Source of the DNA: Octopus vulgaris
Taxonomy: Eukaryota
DNA: 64,000 nucleotides
Assembly (NCBI GenBank): GCA_951406725.2
Contig: OX597831.1
Location: 83,824,001 to 83,888,000, forward strand
Reading direction: 5' to 3'
Numbering within the stretch: position 1 is the first letter of the stretch; each line of letters opens with the position of its first letter. The position numbers and the translations under genes are program-made. The notes beneath the pieces were generated by a model. That model saw only the letters and a program-made list of their open reading frames with translations. It ran no database searches and was not told the DNA's origin. This document shows positions 1 through 11,460 of this stretch, piece after piece.

Positions 1-8
1 TATGTATA

Positions 9-77
<69 letters not shown>

Positions 78-79
78 AT

Positions 80-880
80 AAAAAACATTACGTTATATAA
101 TTAGGGTTTAGTAAAAAAAATTACTTTACCACACACCAAACTTTTAGAAATAGCAGCCAAAAAGTTTAGCTATTTCCTCTACTATAAGAAAAGTCTCCCA
201 GACAATGTATACTCAAAATAATTCATGTAGGTGTAGAGGGGAAAAATAACGAAAGGTCACACGTACATCGATTACTTGAGAACGCCGTTTCTGGATTAGT
301 TGGATATAGAGATCAACATTTCCGTCATCAGCCCAAGATTTCTTTAGGTTTGAATTTGAGGGCATTGAAAATCGGACATATCCGTCGGATATGAGTAATC
401 CCAGACAAATCATCTTCGACTGCCAGTACTAACGAATTTAAAAAGTACGAATGGGGCTACACATCCTTCCCCGTCCACCCACGTGAGTTATAGAGCAACA
501 AATCGCTACAGAGGGATCTGCAGTTTATTATCAGGGAGAGAGAATTATATTGTCAATAATAAAAGGATAAAATTAATTAATTATTTAATTATTAATTAAA
601 AATTTTACCAAGTAGTGTTTTACCAAGTAGTGTAAAAAGACCATTTTTCGTTATTTTTCCCTCTATACCTACGTGAATTATTTTTGAGTATACATTGTCT
701 GGGAGACTTTTCTTATAGTAGAGGAAATAGCTAAACTTTTTTTAGCTATTTCCTCTACTATAAGAAAAGTCTCCCAGACAATGTATACTCAAAAATAATT
801 CACGTAGGTATAGAGGGAAAAATAACGAAAAATGGTCTTTTTACATACTGAACACTACTTGGTAAAATTATTATTGACAA
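80..880 (-). mobile_element. Penelope-like pseudo-LTR cassette with hammerhead, direct repeat and long palindrome
   Basis: Segment 168-254 recurs directly at about 745-830 and inverted at about 645-735. The cassette contains a hammerhead and is flanked by (TA)n-type microsatellites. Confidence 0.6.
275..337 (-). ncRNA. Type I hammerhead ribozyme motif
   Basis: CTTGGG-CTGATGA-C-GGA(..GTTG..CAAC..)TCC-A-GAAA-C GGC G-TT-CTCAAG. Stem I is CUUGGG/CUCAAG, the core is intact, and the cleavage triplet is GUU. Confidence 0.75.
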
Positions 881-926
881 TATATGTGTGTGTATATATG
901 CATATGTATATATATATGTATATGTA

Positions 927-1147
927 TCATCATCATCATCATCATCATCGTTTAGCGTCCGCTTTCCATGCTAACATGGGTTGGACGGTTCAACTGGGGT
1001 CTGGGAAGCCAGAAGGCTGCACCAGGCCCAGTTTGATCTGGCAATGTTTCTACGGCTGGATGCCCTTCCTAACGCCAACCACTCCATGAGTGTAGTGGGT
1101 GCTTTTTACGTGCCACCGGCACAGGTGCCAGACGAGTCTGGCAAACG

Positions 1148-1150
<3 letters not shown>
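927..1150. mobile_element. Short retroposon with (CAT)n end, family D (RTE-tail-like)
   Basis: The core catcatcgttt..cgtcc.ctt.ccatgct.gcatgggttggacggtt...ggctggatgcccttcctaacgccaacc recurs at 5460-5793 (inverted), 6745-7330 and 14795-15000. Confidence 0.75.
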
Positions 1151-1192
<42 letters not shown>

Positions 1193-1246
1193 TTATATAT
1201 ATATGTGTGTATATATATATATATGTATATAGGCACTATGCTATTC

Positions 1247-1285
1247 CAGATTGAAGACGAGCAATGACTCAGAAACTAGTCTCTG
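1247..1285 (+). ncRNA. Minimal hammerhead ribozyme motif (C3U variant)
   Basis: CAGA-TTGAAGA-C-GAG caatga CTC-A-GAAA-CTAG-TC-TCTG. Stem I is CAGA/UCUG, stem III is the palindrome ACTAGT, and the triplet is GUC. Confidence 0.65.
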
Positions 1286-1432
1286 AGTGATGGCTTAGCT
1301 GAGTGGAGGTGCTTATCTCCCCCTTCTAAACATAAGAACTCAGGAAATGCCTAAAAGCTGACAGGAAGCGGTGCTGCTTCCTAGGGCTAAATAGCAGTAG
1401 TATTATTTCCTTCATGGAACTGTCACATTAAG

Positions 1433-2470
1433 TTGACAGCATACAAGTACTTTCATCCCAAAAGTAGCGAAACGTCCCGCCTAAAAACAACACTGATGGA
1501 GATAGAAAAAAGGCTGCAACAATCCTATGTGAGGGAGAAAGCAGACAAAGAAGCCTGGCTTATAAAAAACATTAAGTCAAACCCAAAGGCCTTTTTTCAT
1601 TACGTGAAAGAAACAACCTCAGAACGCTGCAATATAGGACTCCTCTTCCAAAAGGATGGCTCCCTCACAGACAGGCCAACTAGGATCAGTGAGGTACTGA
1701 ATGACCACTTCAAAAGTGCCTTCATCACCCCATTGGAACACAGACAAGTGAACGAATCAATGAATTTCTTTGCCAACTCACCTATAACCATTGAGGCAGT
1801 TACAATAGAATACACTGACATTAGCAAAGAAGATATACTATTAGCCATAGATGAAGTGGACACAAATTAAACTGCTGGTCCTGATGGTTTCTCAGCAATC
1901 CTCCTCAAAGCATGTAAGCATGCCCTGGCAAAACCCTTCCAGATTCTCTTCCAGAGCTTTCTTACGAATGGCAAACTGCCAAGCAAGCTGAAGGAGGGAA
2001 TAATATGCCCAATACATAAAGGGGGAAGTAGAGCAGATGCCAAAAACTACAGGCCTATCTCTCTGACTTCACACATCAGCAAAGTCATGGAACAGATAGT
2101 CAGAAGGAAACTAATCGCATTCCTTTAAGAAAAAAACTTGCTGAGTGATACCCAAGATAGCTTTCAACAAGGTAGGAGCTGCCTGACCCAGCTCTTACAA
2201 CATTATGAGGCAGTTACTCAACAACTCAAATGTAGATGTAATCTACCTTGATTTTGCAAAAGCTTTTGACAAGGTGGATCATGGTATGATATGCCACAAC
2301 TGTGTGATCTCGGCATAGCTGGAAAACTTGGAGAATGGTTACAGGACTTTCTGAAAGATAGGAGTCAGGCAGTTAATGGAGCCACCTCTATGAACAGACA
2401 AATAGTGAGCGGTGTTCCACAGGGCACTGTCTTGGGACCACTGCTTTTTATAGTGGCCTTCTCATATACT
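1433..2470 (+). pseudogene. Decayed non-LTR retrotransposon (CR1/L2-like) reverse transcriptase fragment
   Basis: Motifs KSNPKAFFHYV, GPDG, NYRPISLTS, YLDFAKAFDKVDH and SGVPQGTVLGPLLF, interrupted by stops and frameshifts. Confidence 0.92.
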
Positions 2471-2499
2471 CCCTCAAGTGCTCCCTCATATACTCCCTC

Positions 2500-2684
2500 A
2501 AGTGCCTAAAGCTGGCAACATGATTACGATAACGATTCTTAAATGAATCAACCGTCTGCCCAATGTAAACATAGGACCCTCGCCTTCTGTGCACGGTACA
2601 TTTATATACATGATTTGCACTCATACAGAGGTTCATCAAAGGACATTTTGATTTATCCCTGCAAGAGCATTTATCTTTTGTTTT

Positions 2685-2690
<6 letters not shown>
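2500..2690 (-). pseudogene. Penelope-like element GIY-YIG endonuclease fragment
   Basis: CSCRDKSKCPLMNLC...VYKCTV...YVYIGQTVDSFKNRYRNHVASFRH is a Cys-rich linker plus GIY-YIG motif, abutting (TA)n. Confidence 0.8.
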
Positions 2691-2732
<42 letters not shown>

Positions 2733-3265
2733 GGAATGTATAACAAAATATGGTGAAGTCAGAGTCAGTGGGAATTGATCCAAAAGCCATAGAAACTCTT
2801 GCATGAGACCGAGTTGAATGGCGAACAAAAATGCAGTGAAAGTTTTGAAGAACCAGGATGTCCCAATGAAAAGTAAAAAGAAATTCGAATAAAAATGTTA
2901 TTATCAACGAGAATATGAATCTCAGCAATTTTTTTCTGAGCAAAATCTCTGATATTTCTCTTGCTGGACTCAAATCTCATTTGCGGACCCTTGAACAACG
3001 AACCTCCACCAGCCATTCTGTCTATACATCAATGCCGTGTATGCTAGAAGGTCTGCAAATCTAAGGGAGGCCTCAAAACACATTTTAAGATCCACAAAGA
3101 TCAGAACGTAAATGCAGCTCTTGCTGGTTCAAACTGGATATGCAATTTGGGTGAAAAGCAAAGTTTACAAAGTCACAAACACATAAATACATACATACGT
3201 ATGTATATATATATATAAGCCTAGTTGTCCGGATGTTTTGCGTTCTTGGCCAATCTTGTATTTTG

Positions 3266-3319
<54 letters not shown>

Positions 3320-3408
3320 ATATGTGGGTGTCTATATACATATATATATGTATGTGTATATATATATATATGGGTGTCTATATACATATATATATGTATG
3401 TATATATA

Positions 3409-3455
<47 letters not shown>

Positions 3456-3564
3456 GTGTATATTATATATGGGTGTCTATATACATATATGTGTATGAAT
3501 GTGTGTGTGTATAGATAGACAGACAGACAGATAAATAAATAGATAGACAGACAGACAGACAGAT

Positions 3565-3878
3565 AGGAGCGCTCCGTCGGTTACGATGACGAGGGTACCA
3601 GCCGATTCGATCAACGGAACAGCCCGCTCGTGAAATTGACGTGCAAGTGGCTGAGTAATCCACAGACATGCCGACCCCTAACGTAGTTCTCAGAGAGATT
3701 CAGAGTGTGACAAGGCTGGCCCTTTGAAATACAGGTACAACTCATTTTTGCCAGCTGAGTGGACTGGAGCAACGTGAAATGAAGTGTCTTGCTCAAGGAC
3801 ACAACGCGTCGCCGGGAATCGAACTCACGACCTTACAATGTTGAGTCGAATGCCCCAACCACTAAGCCACGCGCCTTC
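3565..3878 (-). mobile_element. tRNA-derived SINE (family B-related)
   Basis: The head ggcgcgtggcttagtggttgggg...gagttcgattccc has Pol III A/B boxes. The 3' part is shared with 12784-13165 and 20051-20432. Confidence 0.8.
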
Positions 3879-4980
3879 ACTAAATATACACACACACATG
3901 CATACATACGATATATGTATACATATAAACCTTTGCTTGAATAGAAGACACTTTTCCAAGGATAGAGGCAGTGTGATTGAACCCACGATCACATGGCTGG
4001 AAAACAAGATTCTTAACCATGCAGCCACGCTAGCGCCTGTTTTGTATATTCAATATTAAATCTTAAAATTTTAAACTTTTTTAGATGTATAAAGAATAGG
4101 ATTATCCTAGCCGTAAATTGGGATTATCATTTCTCTTAGGACGAAAAGTAAATTCAACGTTTGAAGGGCAATAACTCTTGTGTTGAGTATGAAGTATTAC
4201 CTCCCTTTGCATTGTTAATTAAATTCCTTCGTTGAGACTGAAAGAGAGAGAAAGAGAGAGAGTGGGAGTGAGAGACAAAGAGAGAGAGAGGGAGGAGAAA
4301 GAGAGAGAGAGAGGGAGATGGATATGGACAGAGAGAGAAAAAGCTAGAAGGCAGGAACAGTGAGAGGAGGAGAGACAGGAGTGAGAGACAGACTGAGACA
4401 GATACAGTGAGAGAGAGAGAGAGAGACAGGGAGAAAAGAGAGAGAGAGAGATTAGCATGTTTGTGTTTTCATCTTATAGGAATAGCAAGTGAGGGGCAGG
4501 TATTAGTTCTTCCGTCGTTGTCGACGATGACCAAATGCATAAGAAGGGTGAAGAAGATGGGTAAAGGTGTGTCCGGTTGTTGCCGTCCTGTCCGATGCAT
4601 TCTCCGCCCCACAGGTCGGGCAATGGTTGTCTGCTGGGTCTGAAGGCAAGAAGCTGGCTCTGGACCCGCATCATTCAAGCTTTCTTTGCCCTTGTAAATT
4701 ATGTTCTAGGGTGCAAGGTGTATCTGGGTCAAGTAGTACCTCTGTCAGGGGAATATGTAGTCCTCCTTGGAGTAGTCCGTCCGCTTTGGTCCTCCCGTGA
4801 CTCCCACCTCTCACCTGTGGTTCATCAATGCTATCTGCATGCAACAGTACCCACACCCAGGCTCGCGGCTTCCACAGGCTGGCTAAACCATGGTAAGGGT
4901 AGCACACGGCCTTTAACCATTGGTGGACTAGGGCTTGTCTATCTAAGGATGTGAACCGGTTGAGTGTGCTGAGGAAACCA

Positions 4981-5342
4981 CTAGACAGGCTCAACGGACC
5001 CGCAAACTTTGAAAAGTAAAAATTTTGCATTATGTAGCTTGTTATTCTCTTTAAGTGAACATTTTTCTGGTTGAAATACACCGAAAAATGGCGACACAGA
5101 AGTAAAAAAATCGTAAAAAATAGGGATTTTCATAGAAAAAAAGCACCTTTTTTATGTAAATAATTTTTGGTGTTAACATGGTCCGATTTGAATTTTTTCT
5201 TCTGCGGAAGGAAGAGCAAGCCTTCTTCTATCATACTCTCAATTTCGGTCAACTTGTGCTGCAGGGTCTCGGAGGAGATAGTGTTAGTTTAAGGCTACCA
5301 AACCTGCAACACACAGACAACTTCAGCTTTATATTTATAGAG
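4981..5342 (-). mobile_element. Non-autonomous Helitron-like element
   Basis: On the minus strand it starts A|TCTCTATAAATATAAAG and ends in CTAG|T. The terminal layout matches 17472-17822. Confidence 0.5.
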
Positions 5343-5459
5343 ATTAATCAAGTTGAGTAAGTTCATTTCTTAGTATTTTAACTGTTTGGGTTAATATTGC
5401 ACTGTAGCCAGTACTTTGCTCAACAATGGATCCACTTATTTCAGTTAGTGACTTGATTT

Positions 5460-5793
5460 ACAGTGCTGCCGCTTTGACTGGCTTCTGTGCCGGTGGCACA
5501 TAAAAGGTACCATCCAAACGTGGCCAATGCCAGCGCTGCCTTGACTGGCGTCTGTGCTGGTGGCACGTAAAAAGCACCAACCGATCATGGCTGCTTACAG
5601 CCTCCCCTGGCCCGTGGCACGTAAAAAGCACCCACTACACTCACGGAGTGGTTGGCATTAGGAAGCGCATCCAGCTGTAGAAACACTGCCAGATCAGACT
5701 GGAGTCTGGTGCAGCCTCCATGGCTTCCAAGACCCCGGTCAAACCGTCCAACCCATGCCAGCATGGAAAACGGACGTTAAACGAGGATGATGA
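5460..5793. mobile_element. Family D retroposon copy, inverted relative to 927-1150
   Basis: Reverse complement of the family D core, with internal sub-repeats. Confidence 0.7.
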
Positions 5794-6077
5794 TCCCATG
5801 AATGTCTTTGATGTCACTTCAGCCACATGAGAAACGCTACATGAAGAACTGTTCTGCTTCTATACAAATGCACTGCCACCACAAAGGATACACACCTTGC
5901 TTATGTGTCGGAACACCTTAATTTATATTGATAGACAATGGTAGAATAAGGATCTAGGCTTACGAAGATTAAGCCCTGGTGTCAATTTGTTCTACTGAAG
6001 GTGGTGCTCCAGCATGGCTGCTGTCAAATGGCTGAAACAAATAAAAGTATATACATGTGTGTGTGTGTATGTGTATA

Positions 6078-6228
6078 GGCACAGGAGTGGCTGTGTGGTA
6101 AGTAGCTTGTTTACCAACCACATGGTTCCGGGTTCAGTCCTACTGCGTGGCACCTTGGGCAAGTGTCTTCTACTCGAGCCAACCAAAACCTTGTGAGTGG
6201 ATACTGAAAGAAGCCCATCGTGTGTGTT

Positions 6229-6283
<55 letters not shown>

Positions 6284-6483
6284 CATGATAGATCAGTAGC
6301 CGCTACACACATCCTTCATTTTCTCTCCTTGTTTCTTTCTGTGTCCCTTTCTGTGTCCCTTTCTGTAGAAGAGCGTAGGCTCGAAACGTAAAAGACTTTT
6401 TCTATTCCTGAGCGTTATACTAATACACATGCTTGTTTTGTACACCACTTGTCTTTTGTTTTTTTTTGTGTGAATTCTCCCCC

Positions 6484-6533
<50 letters not shown>

Positions 6534-6730
6534 TCTGTGCTTGTTCCCCCAACATCACTTGACAACCGATGCTGGTGTGGTTACGTCCCCGTAACTTAGC
6601 GGTTCGGCAAAAGAGTCCAAAAGAATAAGTACTAGGCTTACAAAGAATAAACTCTGGGGTTGATTTGCTCAACTAAAGGCGGTGCTCCAGCATTGCCACA
6701 GTCAAATGACTGAAACAAGTAAAAGAGAGT
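6078..6730 (+). mobile_element. tRNA-derived SINE family A with internal microsatellite; hosts a nested hammerhead-like cassette (6281-6485)
   Basis: Head ggc.caggagtggctgtgtggtaag...gggttcagtcc and tail ggcggtgctccagcat.gcc.cagtcaaatgactgaaacaagtaaaag. There are about ten or more copies or fragments in the window. Confidence 0.85.
6359..6394 (+). ncRNA. Degenerate minimal hammerhead-like motif
   Basis: CTTT-CTGTAGA-A-GAGC gtag GCTC-GAAA-CG-TA-AAAG. Stems I and II are intact and stem III is the loop-less palindrome ACGT, but the core reads CUGUAGA plus an extra A. Confidence 0.45.
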
Positions 6731-6744
6731 ATATATATATATAT

Positions 6745-7330
6745 CATCATCATCATCGTTGTCGTCATTTAACGTCCGCTTCCCATGCTGGCATGGGTTG
6801 GACGGTTTGAGTGAGGGCTGGTGAGCCAGAAGACTGCACCAGGCTCCAATCTGGTATGGTAAAGTTTCTACAGCTGGATGCCCTTCCTAACGCCAACCAC
6901 TCTGAGAGTGTAGTGGGTGCTTTTACATGCCACCTGCACGAGGCCCTGTCAGGAGGTTCTGGCAATGACCATACACAAAAGGTGTTTTTTTACATGCCAC
7001 CTGCATGGGAGCCAATCAGCGGCCCTGGCAACGATCACACTCAGATGGGGCTTCTAATGTTCCACAGACACGAGCGCCAATCGGGCGGAACTGTCATCAG
7101 CCACATCAACGATTTTGATTTCACTTGCCTCAACAGATCTTCGCAAGCAAAGTATATTGTCCAATGAATGAGGGGTAGTCATAAGGGTGGGGGGCTGGTT
7201 ACACCCACTGGAATAGGCCACGGCTTCTGGTCTCACTTGGTTTGTCGGGTCTTCTCAAGCATAGCATATCTCTAAAAGTCTCGGTCACTAGTTATTGCCT
7301 CGGTGAGGCCCAATATTCGAAGAGTAATTA
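6745..7330. mobile_element. Family D retroposon copy, longer form
   Basis: (CAT)n followed by the family D core, then a unique extension ending in ...ggtgaggcccaatattcgaag. Confidence 0.7.
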
Positions 7331-7626
7331 AAAATCTAACGAGACTCAAACACAGACAGAATTCAAGAGAGAATCAAAACAAGACAAAAAAATAAAATAT
7401 TAAAAAAAAACCAAAACAAACAAACCCAGTTTTTTTTTTTTTTTAAAAAAAAAAGATCTTTACTTAGATTTGAACCTGTGGCCTGTTGCTGATGGTTCTT
7501 CTGGGTGACACAAAAGCTGCTGCTGCTGTTGTTAATGATGAAAGGAGGGGGGTGGAGTTGGAAGAGAGCAGAGGGGGGAGGGGGAAGAGGAGAGACCAAA
7601 CAAAGAAATTGTATAAATAAAATGGC

Positions 7627-7708
<82 letters not shown>

Positions 7709-7835
7709 AGTAATAATAATAGAAATCATTATTATTATAATTATTATTGTTGTTGTTATTGAAAAATGATATTTCTACTTCTAACACACACCTCCCACCC
7801 CAACACCACCACCACCAACCATTTAACACCTTATT

Positions 7836-7866
<31 letters not shown>

Positions 7867-7883
7867 AGCAATTATGTGCAGTG

Positions 7884-7915
<32 letters not shown>

Positions 7916-7971
7916 GGTGGTGACGCAGTTGTCCTTATACAGAAGTGACAACAGCAACAACAACAACAGAC

Positions 7972-8174
7972 TTAAAAGTACAAAAGAGAAGTGTGTGTGT
8001 GTGTGTGTGAGGGAGAGGGAGGGAGGGAGAGAGAAAGATGCAGAGGAAGTGATTGAGAGGTGAGAGATGTAGGGAGGAAAGAAAGGGGACGGTGGTGGTG
8101 GTGGTGGTGGTGGGAGATGGGAAAGGGGGGTGGGTGGTGAGATGTTGACATCCATCGGAGCCACACAGCAGACA
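7972..8174 (-). CDS. Candidate terminal exon of the KDM5-like gene
   Basis: A long (CT)n polypyrimidine tract (8190-8340) precedes gctag|TG, which is phase-1 compatible. An alternative, more protein-like frame (DASVCCVAPMDVNISPPTPLSHLPPPP) would need an acceptor at 8181, where the sequence reads ACG rather than CAG. Confidence 0.35.
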
Positions 8175-8189
8175 CTAGCATCGTATTAG

Positions 8190-8243
<54 letters not shown>

Positions 8244-8527
8244 GGGAGGAGAGGAGAGAGATCGACAGAAAGATGGAAGAAAGTACAAAGAGAGAGAGAG
8301 AGAGAGAGATAATAATAAAGGAGGGGGAGAGTGAAAGAGAAGAAGAGGAAAGAAGAGGGGGTTAAAACAGGGGACAAAAGAGAGAAGATTGTGGAAAGCT
8401 GAAAAAATGACAAATTCGGCAGGTGGGAGGGGGCGGGGGGGAGGGAGAGCAATATAATGTTAGCAGTCTATATAAATATATTGGAGTGGTGATTGGTGGT
8501 GGGGGAGGGCATCTGTGAAGTACTGGA

Positions 8528-8558
<31 letters not shown>

Positions 8559-8699
8559 TGTGTGTGTGTGTACGTGTGTGTGTGTGTACGTGTGTGTGTA
8601 TGAAGTCTCAGTGACACCACTTGTTATTGTTCATAGAAAGATGACTTTCTTGTTTGCTGGCTTGCTCACTTGCTTGGTTGATACGTCCATTGGCAGGTC

Positions 8700-9105
8700 A
8701 AAAGATTCATAAATTGGTAGATTGTTTCATTATCAGGTTGGAACATTGGTTCAGTGGCAAGTTGTTAGATTGGTTCATTGGCAGGTCAGAAGGCAGGTTG
8801 GTTCATTAGCATGTTGGTATATTGGTTCATTGGTAGGTTGGTAAATTGGTTCATTGGCACGTTGGTACATTGATTAATTGGTAGGTTGGTTCATTGGCAG
8901 GTTGGTAGATTGGTTCATTGTCAGGTTGGTAAATTGGTTCATTGGCAGGTTGGTAAATTGGTTCATTGGCAGGTTGGTAAATTGGTTCATTGGCAGGTTG
9001 ATAGATTGGTTCATTGGCAGGTTGGTAGATTGGTTCATTGGCAGGTTGATAGATTGGTTCATTGGCAGGTTGGTAAATTGGTTCATTGGCAGGTCGGAAG
9101 ATTGG
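8700..9105. repeat. 24-bp minisatellite (attggttcattggcaggttggtaa/tag), about 15 copies, more degenerate at the left end
   Basis: Read directly; it also produces the periodic ORF translations (NQFTNLPM). Confidence 0.95.
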
Positions 9106-9823
9106 TTGATTTCAAAGAGAAAGAGAAAAAAAATTTTTGAATTTTTAATGGACTGAAATCATTTTCTGTTAAGCGTAACAGAAAATACCCCATAATCATT
9201 TAGGTCCCTAAGATTTGGCATGAAATCCTGCAAAAAGTACCTTGAACCCATTCCAAAGTGCAGCTCCACAAAATGGGGGTCAATTGTATAAATATCGATT
9301 CCCCTAAACTTTCAGGTTTGGACTCATTGCTCAACAAATGCTTAACAACATTTCATCTGTCTTTATGTTCTGAGTTCAAACTCCACTGAGATTCACATTG
9401 CCTTTCAGGGTCAATGAAATAAATACCAGTTGAGCAATTGGTCTCGTGGCAATTGACTATCCCCCCCACCCCATAAAATTTCAGGCCTTATGCCAAATTT
9501 GCAATTATCAATTATCCTCGGAAAAAATATTAGTAGATGGGTGGGGGGGTGGATCAATAAAATCATAGGAATATCAAACAAAACTGCTTACAGGATTTAT
9601 TTCAACTCTCTACATTCTGGGTTCAAATCCTGCTGCAGTTAACTTATCCTTGCCCCCACCCCCCCACTCCACCAGGGTCGATAAAATAAAGTATCAGTTA
9701 AATACCGGGATTAATGTATTTGAATAAACCTTTTCCACCTAAAATTGCTGAGCAGGAGGTATCAATGAGATTTGGTTGCTATTACCAGCACAGACTGACC
9801 TAACAGACTCCTTTGTCCACTTA

Positions 9824-10221
9824 CCTATTTCTTTACTACCCACGAGGGGCTAAACATAGAGGGGACAAACAAGGACAGGCAAATGGATTAAGTCGATTAC
9901 ATCGACCCCAGTGCATAACTGGTACTTATTTAATCGACCCTGAAAGGATGAAAGGCAAAGTCGACCTCGGCGGAATTTGAACTCAGAACCTATTTCTTTA
10001 CTACCCACAAGAGGCTAAACACAGAGAGGACAAACAAGGACAGGCAAATGGATTAAGTCGATTATATCGACCCCAGTGCATAACTGGTACTTATTTAATC
10101 GACTCCGAAAGGATGAAAGGCAAAGTCGACCTCGGTGGAATTTGAACTCAGAAGGTAGCGGCAGACGAAATACTGCTAAGCATTTCGCCCGGCGTGCTAA
10201 CGGTTCCGCCAGCTCGCCGCC
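9824..10221 (-). mobile_element. SINE family C, head-to-tail dimer
   Basis: Head ggcggcgagctggc...gttagcacgccgggcgaaatg, B-box gagttcaaattcc, core gcctttcatcctttcggggtcgat. The 3' 165 bp is duplicated. Confidence 0.88.
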
Positions 10222-10306
10222 TTACCACCGTCATCATCATCATCAGTCAACCCCCTCACGCCCCTGCGACTCAAAAATCTGCAAAATATTATTTTTTTTA
10301 TCTTAC

Positions 10307-11104
10307 CAGGATCTTTCCTTCCGGCCGTCAAAGTCTCCGCCAAGGGGCCTGATGCTGCTGCTGCTGTTGATGTTGTAGTTGGTTTTGTTGTTGTTGTTGT
10401 CGTCGCTGCTGCTGTTGATGTTGAGTTTATAGTCTTTGCCGCTGCTGTTTGTCTACTTCCGGTCGTGGGTTCAATATCCGTGGGCGACTGCTCCCCTCCT
10501 TCGCCCTGCCTGCTCGCATCGTCGTCAAACATTTCGTCATCGTCATCGTCATCGTCGTCAATGTTCCTGTTGTCATCGTCCACCGTCATAACCACATCCT
10601 CACCATCATCATCACCGTCATCATCATCATCATCATCATCGTCTTGCTGTAGTTGTACTTTGCCATTTTCTCTCTCACCACCAGCACCACCACCAGCACC
10701 ACCATCATCATCACCACCACCAACACCATCACCACCACCATCCTCCTCCTCTTCTTCTTCCTCATAATATTCAACATCATCTTCATCGCCATTTACTCCC
10801 ACTTCCTCTTCTTCTTCCTCCTCCTCCTCCACCGCTGCCGCATCCAACTCCATCCTGTCACCACCGCCACCCGAGCCACGTCGCTGAAAGTCCTTTATTG
10901 TTGCACCGCTGCGAGGCGGCGCAGACAGAGACCCGTCAGCACCAGTGCCACCACCAGGCGACACGACCTCATTTGAGGACCAAGCCACTTCTGCTTCATC
11001 GTCCTCCTCCTCCTCCTCTTCCTCCTCCTCCTGCTCTTCATCTGGTGTGTGTGGTGGAGACGGAGGCACTGTGACATTACCGGTCAGGCTGTTGGGTGGT
11101 TCTG
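10307..11104 (-). CDS. KDM5: Probable continuation of the same exon in the +1 frame: acidic low-complexity tail (SEPPNSLTGNVTVPPSPPHTPDEEQEEE...KDPG)
   Basis: About 265 open codons of protein-like Asp/Glu/Gly/Thr-rich sequence, ending at a strong donor CCT G|gtaaga at 10307/10306. It is out of frame with the PHD portion by 1 nt. Confidence 0.6.
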
Positions 11105-11381
11105 ACACCACCACCACCACCACCACCGACGTTACTAGTTGATCTCTGTGGCACCGTGGTGACGACACCATTGGCCAGGCTGCTAGCAGTGACGATACCA
11201 CCACCACCGCTAGCTGCCGTCCTCAGTGAAACTGTGCCACCACCGGCGGACCTCAGCGGTACTTTGCACTTGAAGCAGACGTAATCATCGTCTTCCCCAA
11301 CCTTGTCCTCTCCGACGCCAACACACAACAAGTGGAACCACAATTCACAGTGGTCACATTGTACCCAATTCACCTCGTCAC
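11077..11381 (-). CDS. KDM5: KDM5-family exon, PHD finger (DEVNWVQCDHCELWFHLLCVGVGEDKVGEDDDYVCFKCK); this frame stops at 11077 as assembled
   Basis: Acceptor ttcgtttag|GT GAC (phase 1). Spliced to the previous exon it completes a C4HC3 PHD finger with the WVQCD..C..WFH..CVG signature of KDM5 PHD3. Confidence 0.9.
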
Positions 11382-11460
11382 CTAAACGAAAAAAAATAAT
11401 AATTAAGATCAAATAATTAAGAAAAAACATTTTTTCAAAATCCTTTTATACACACACATA

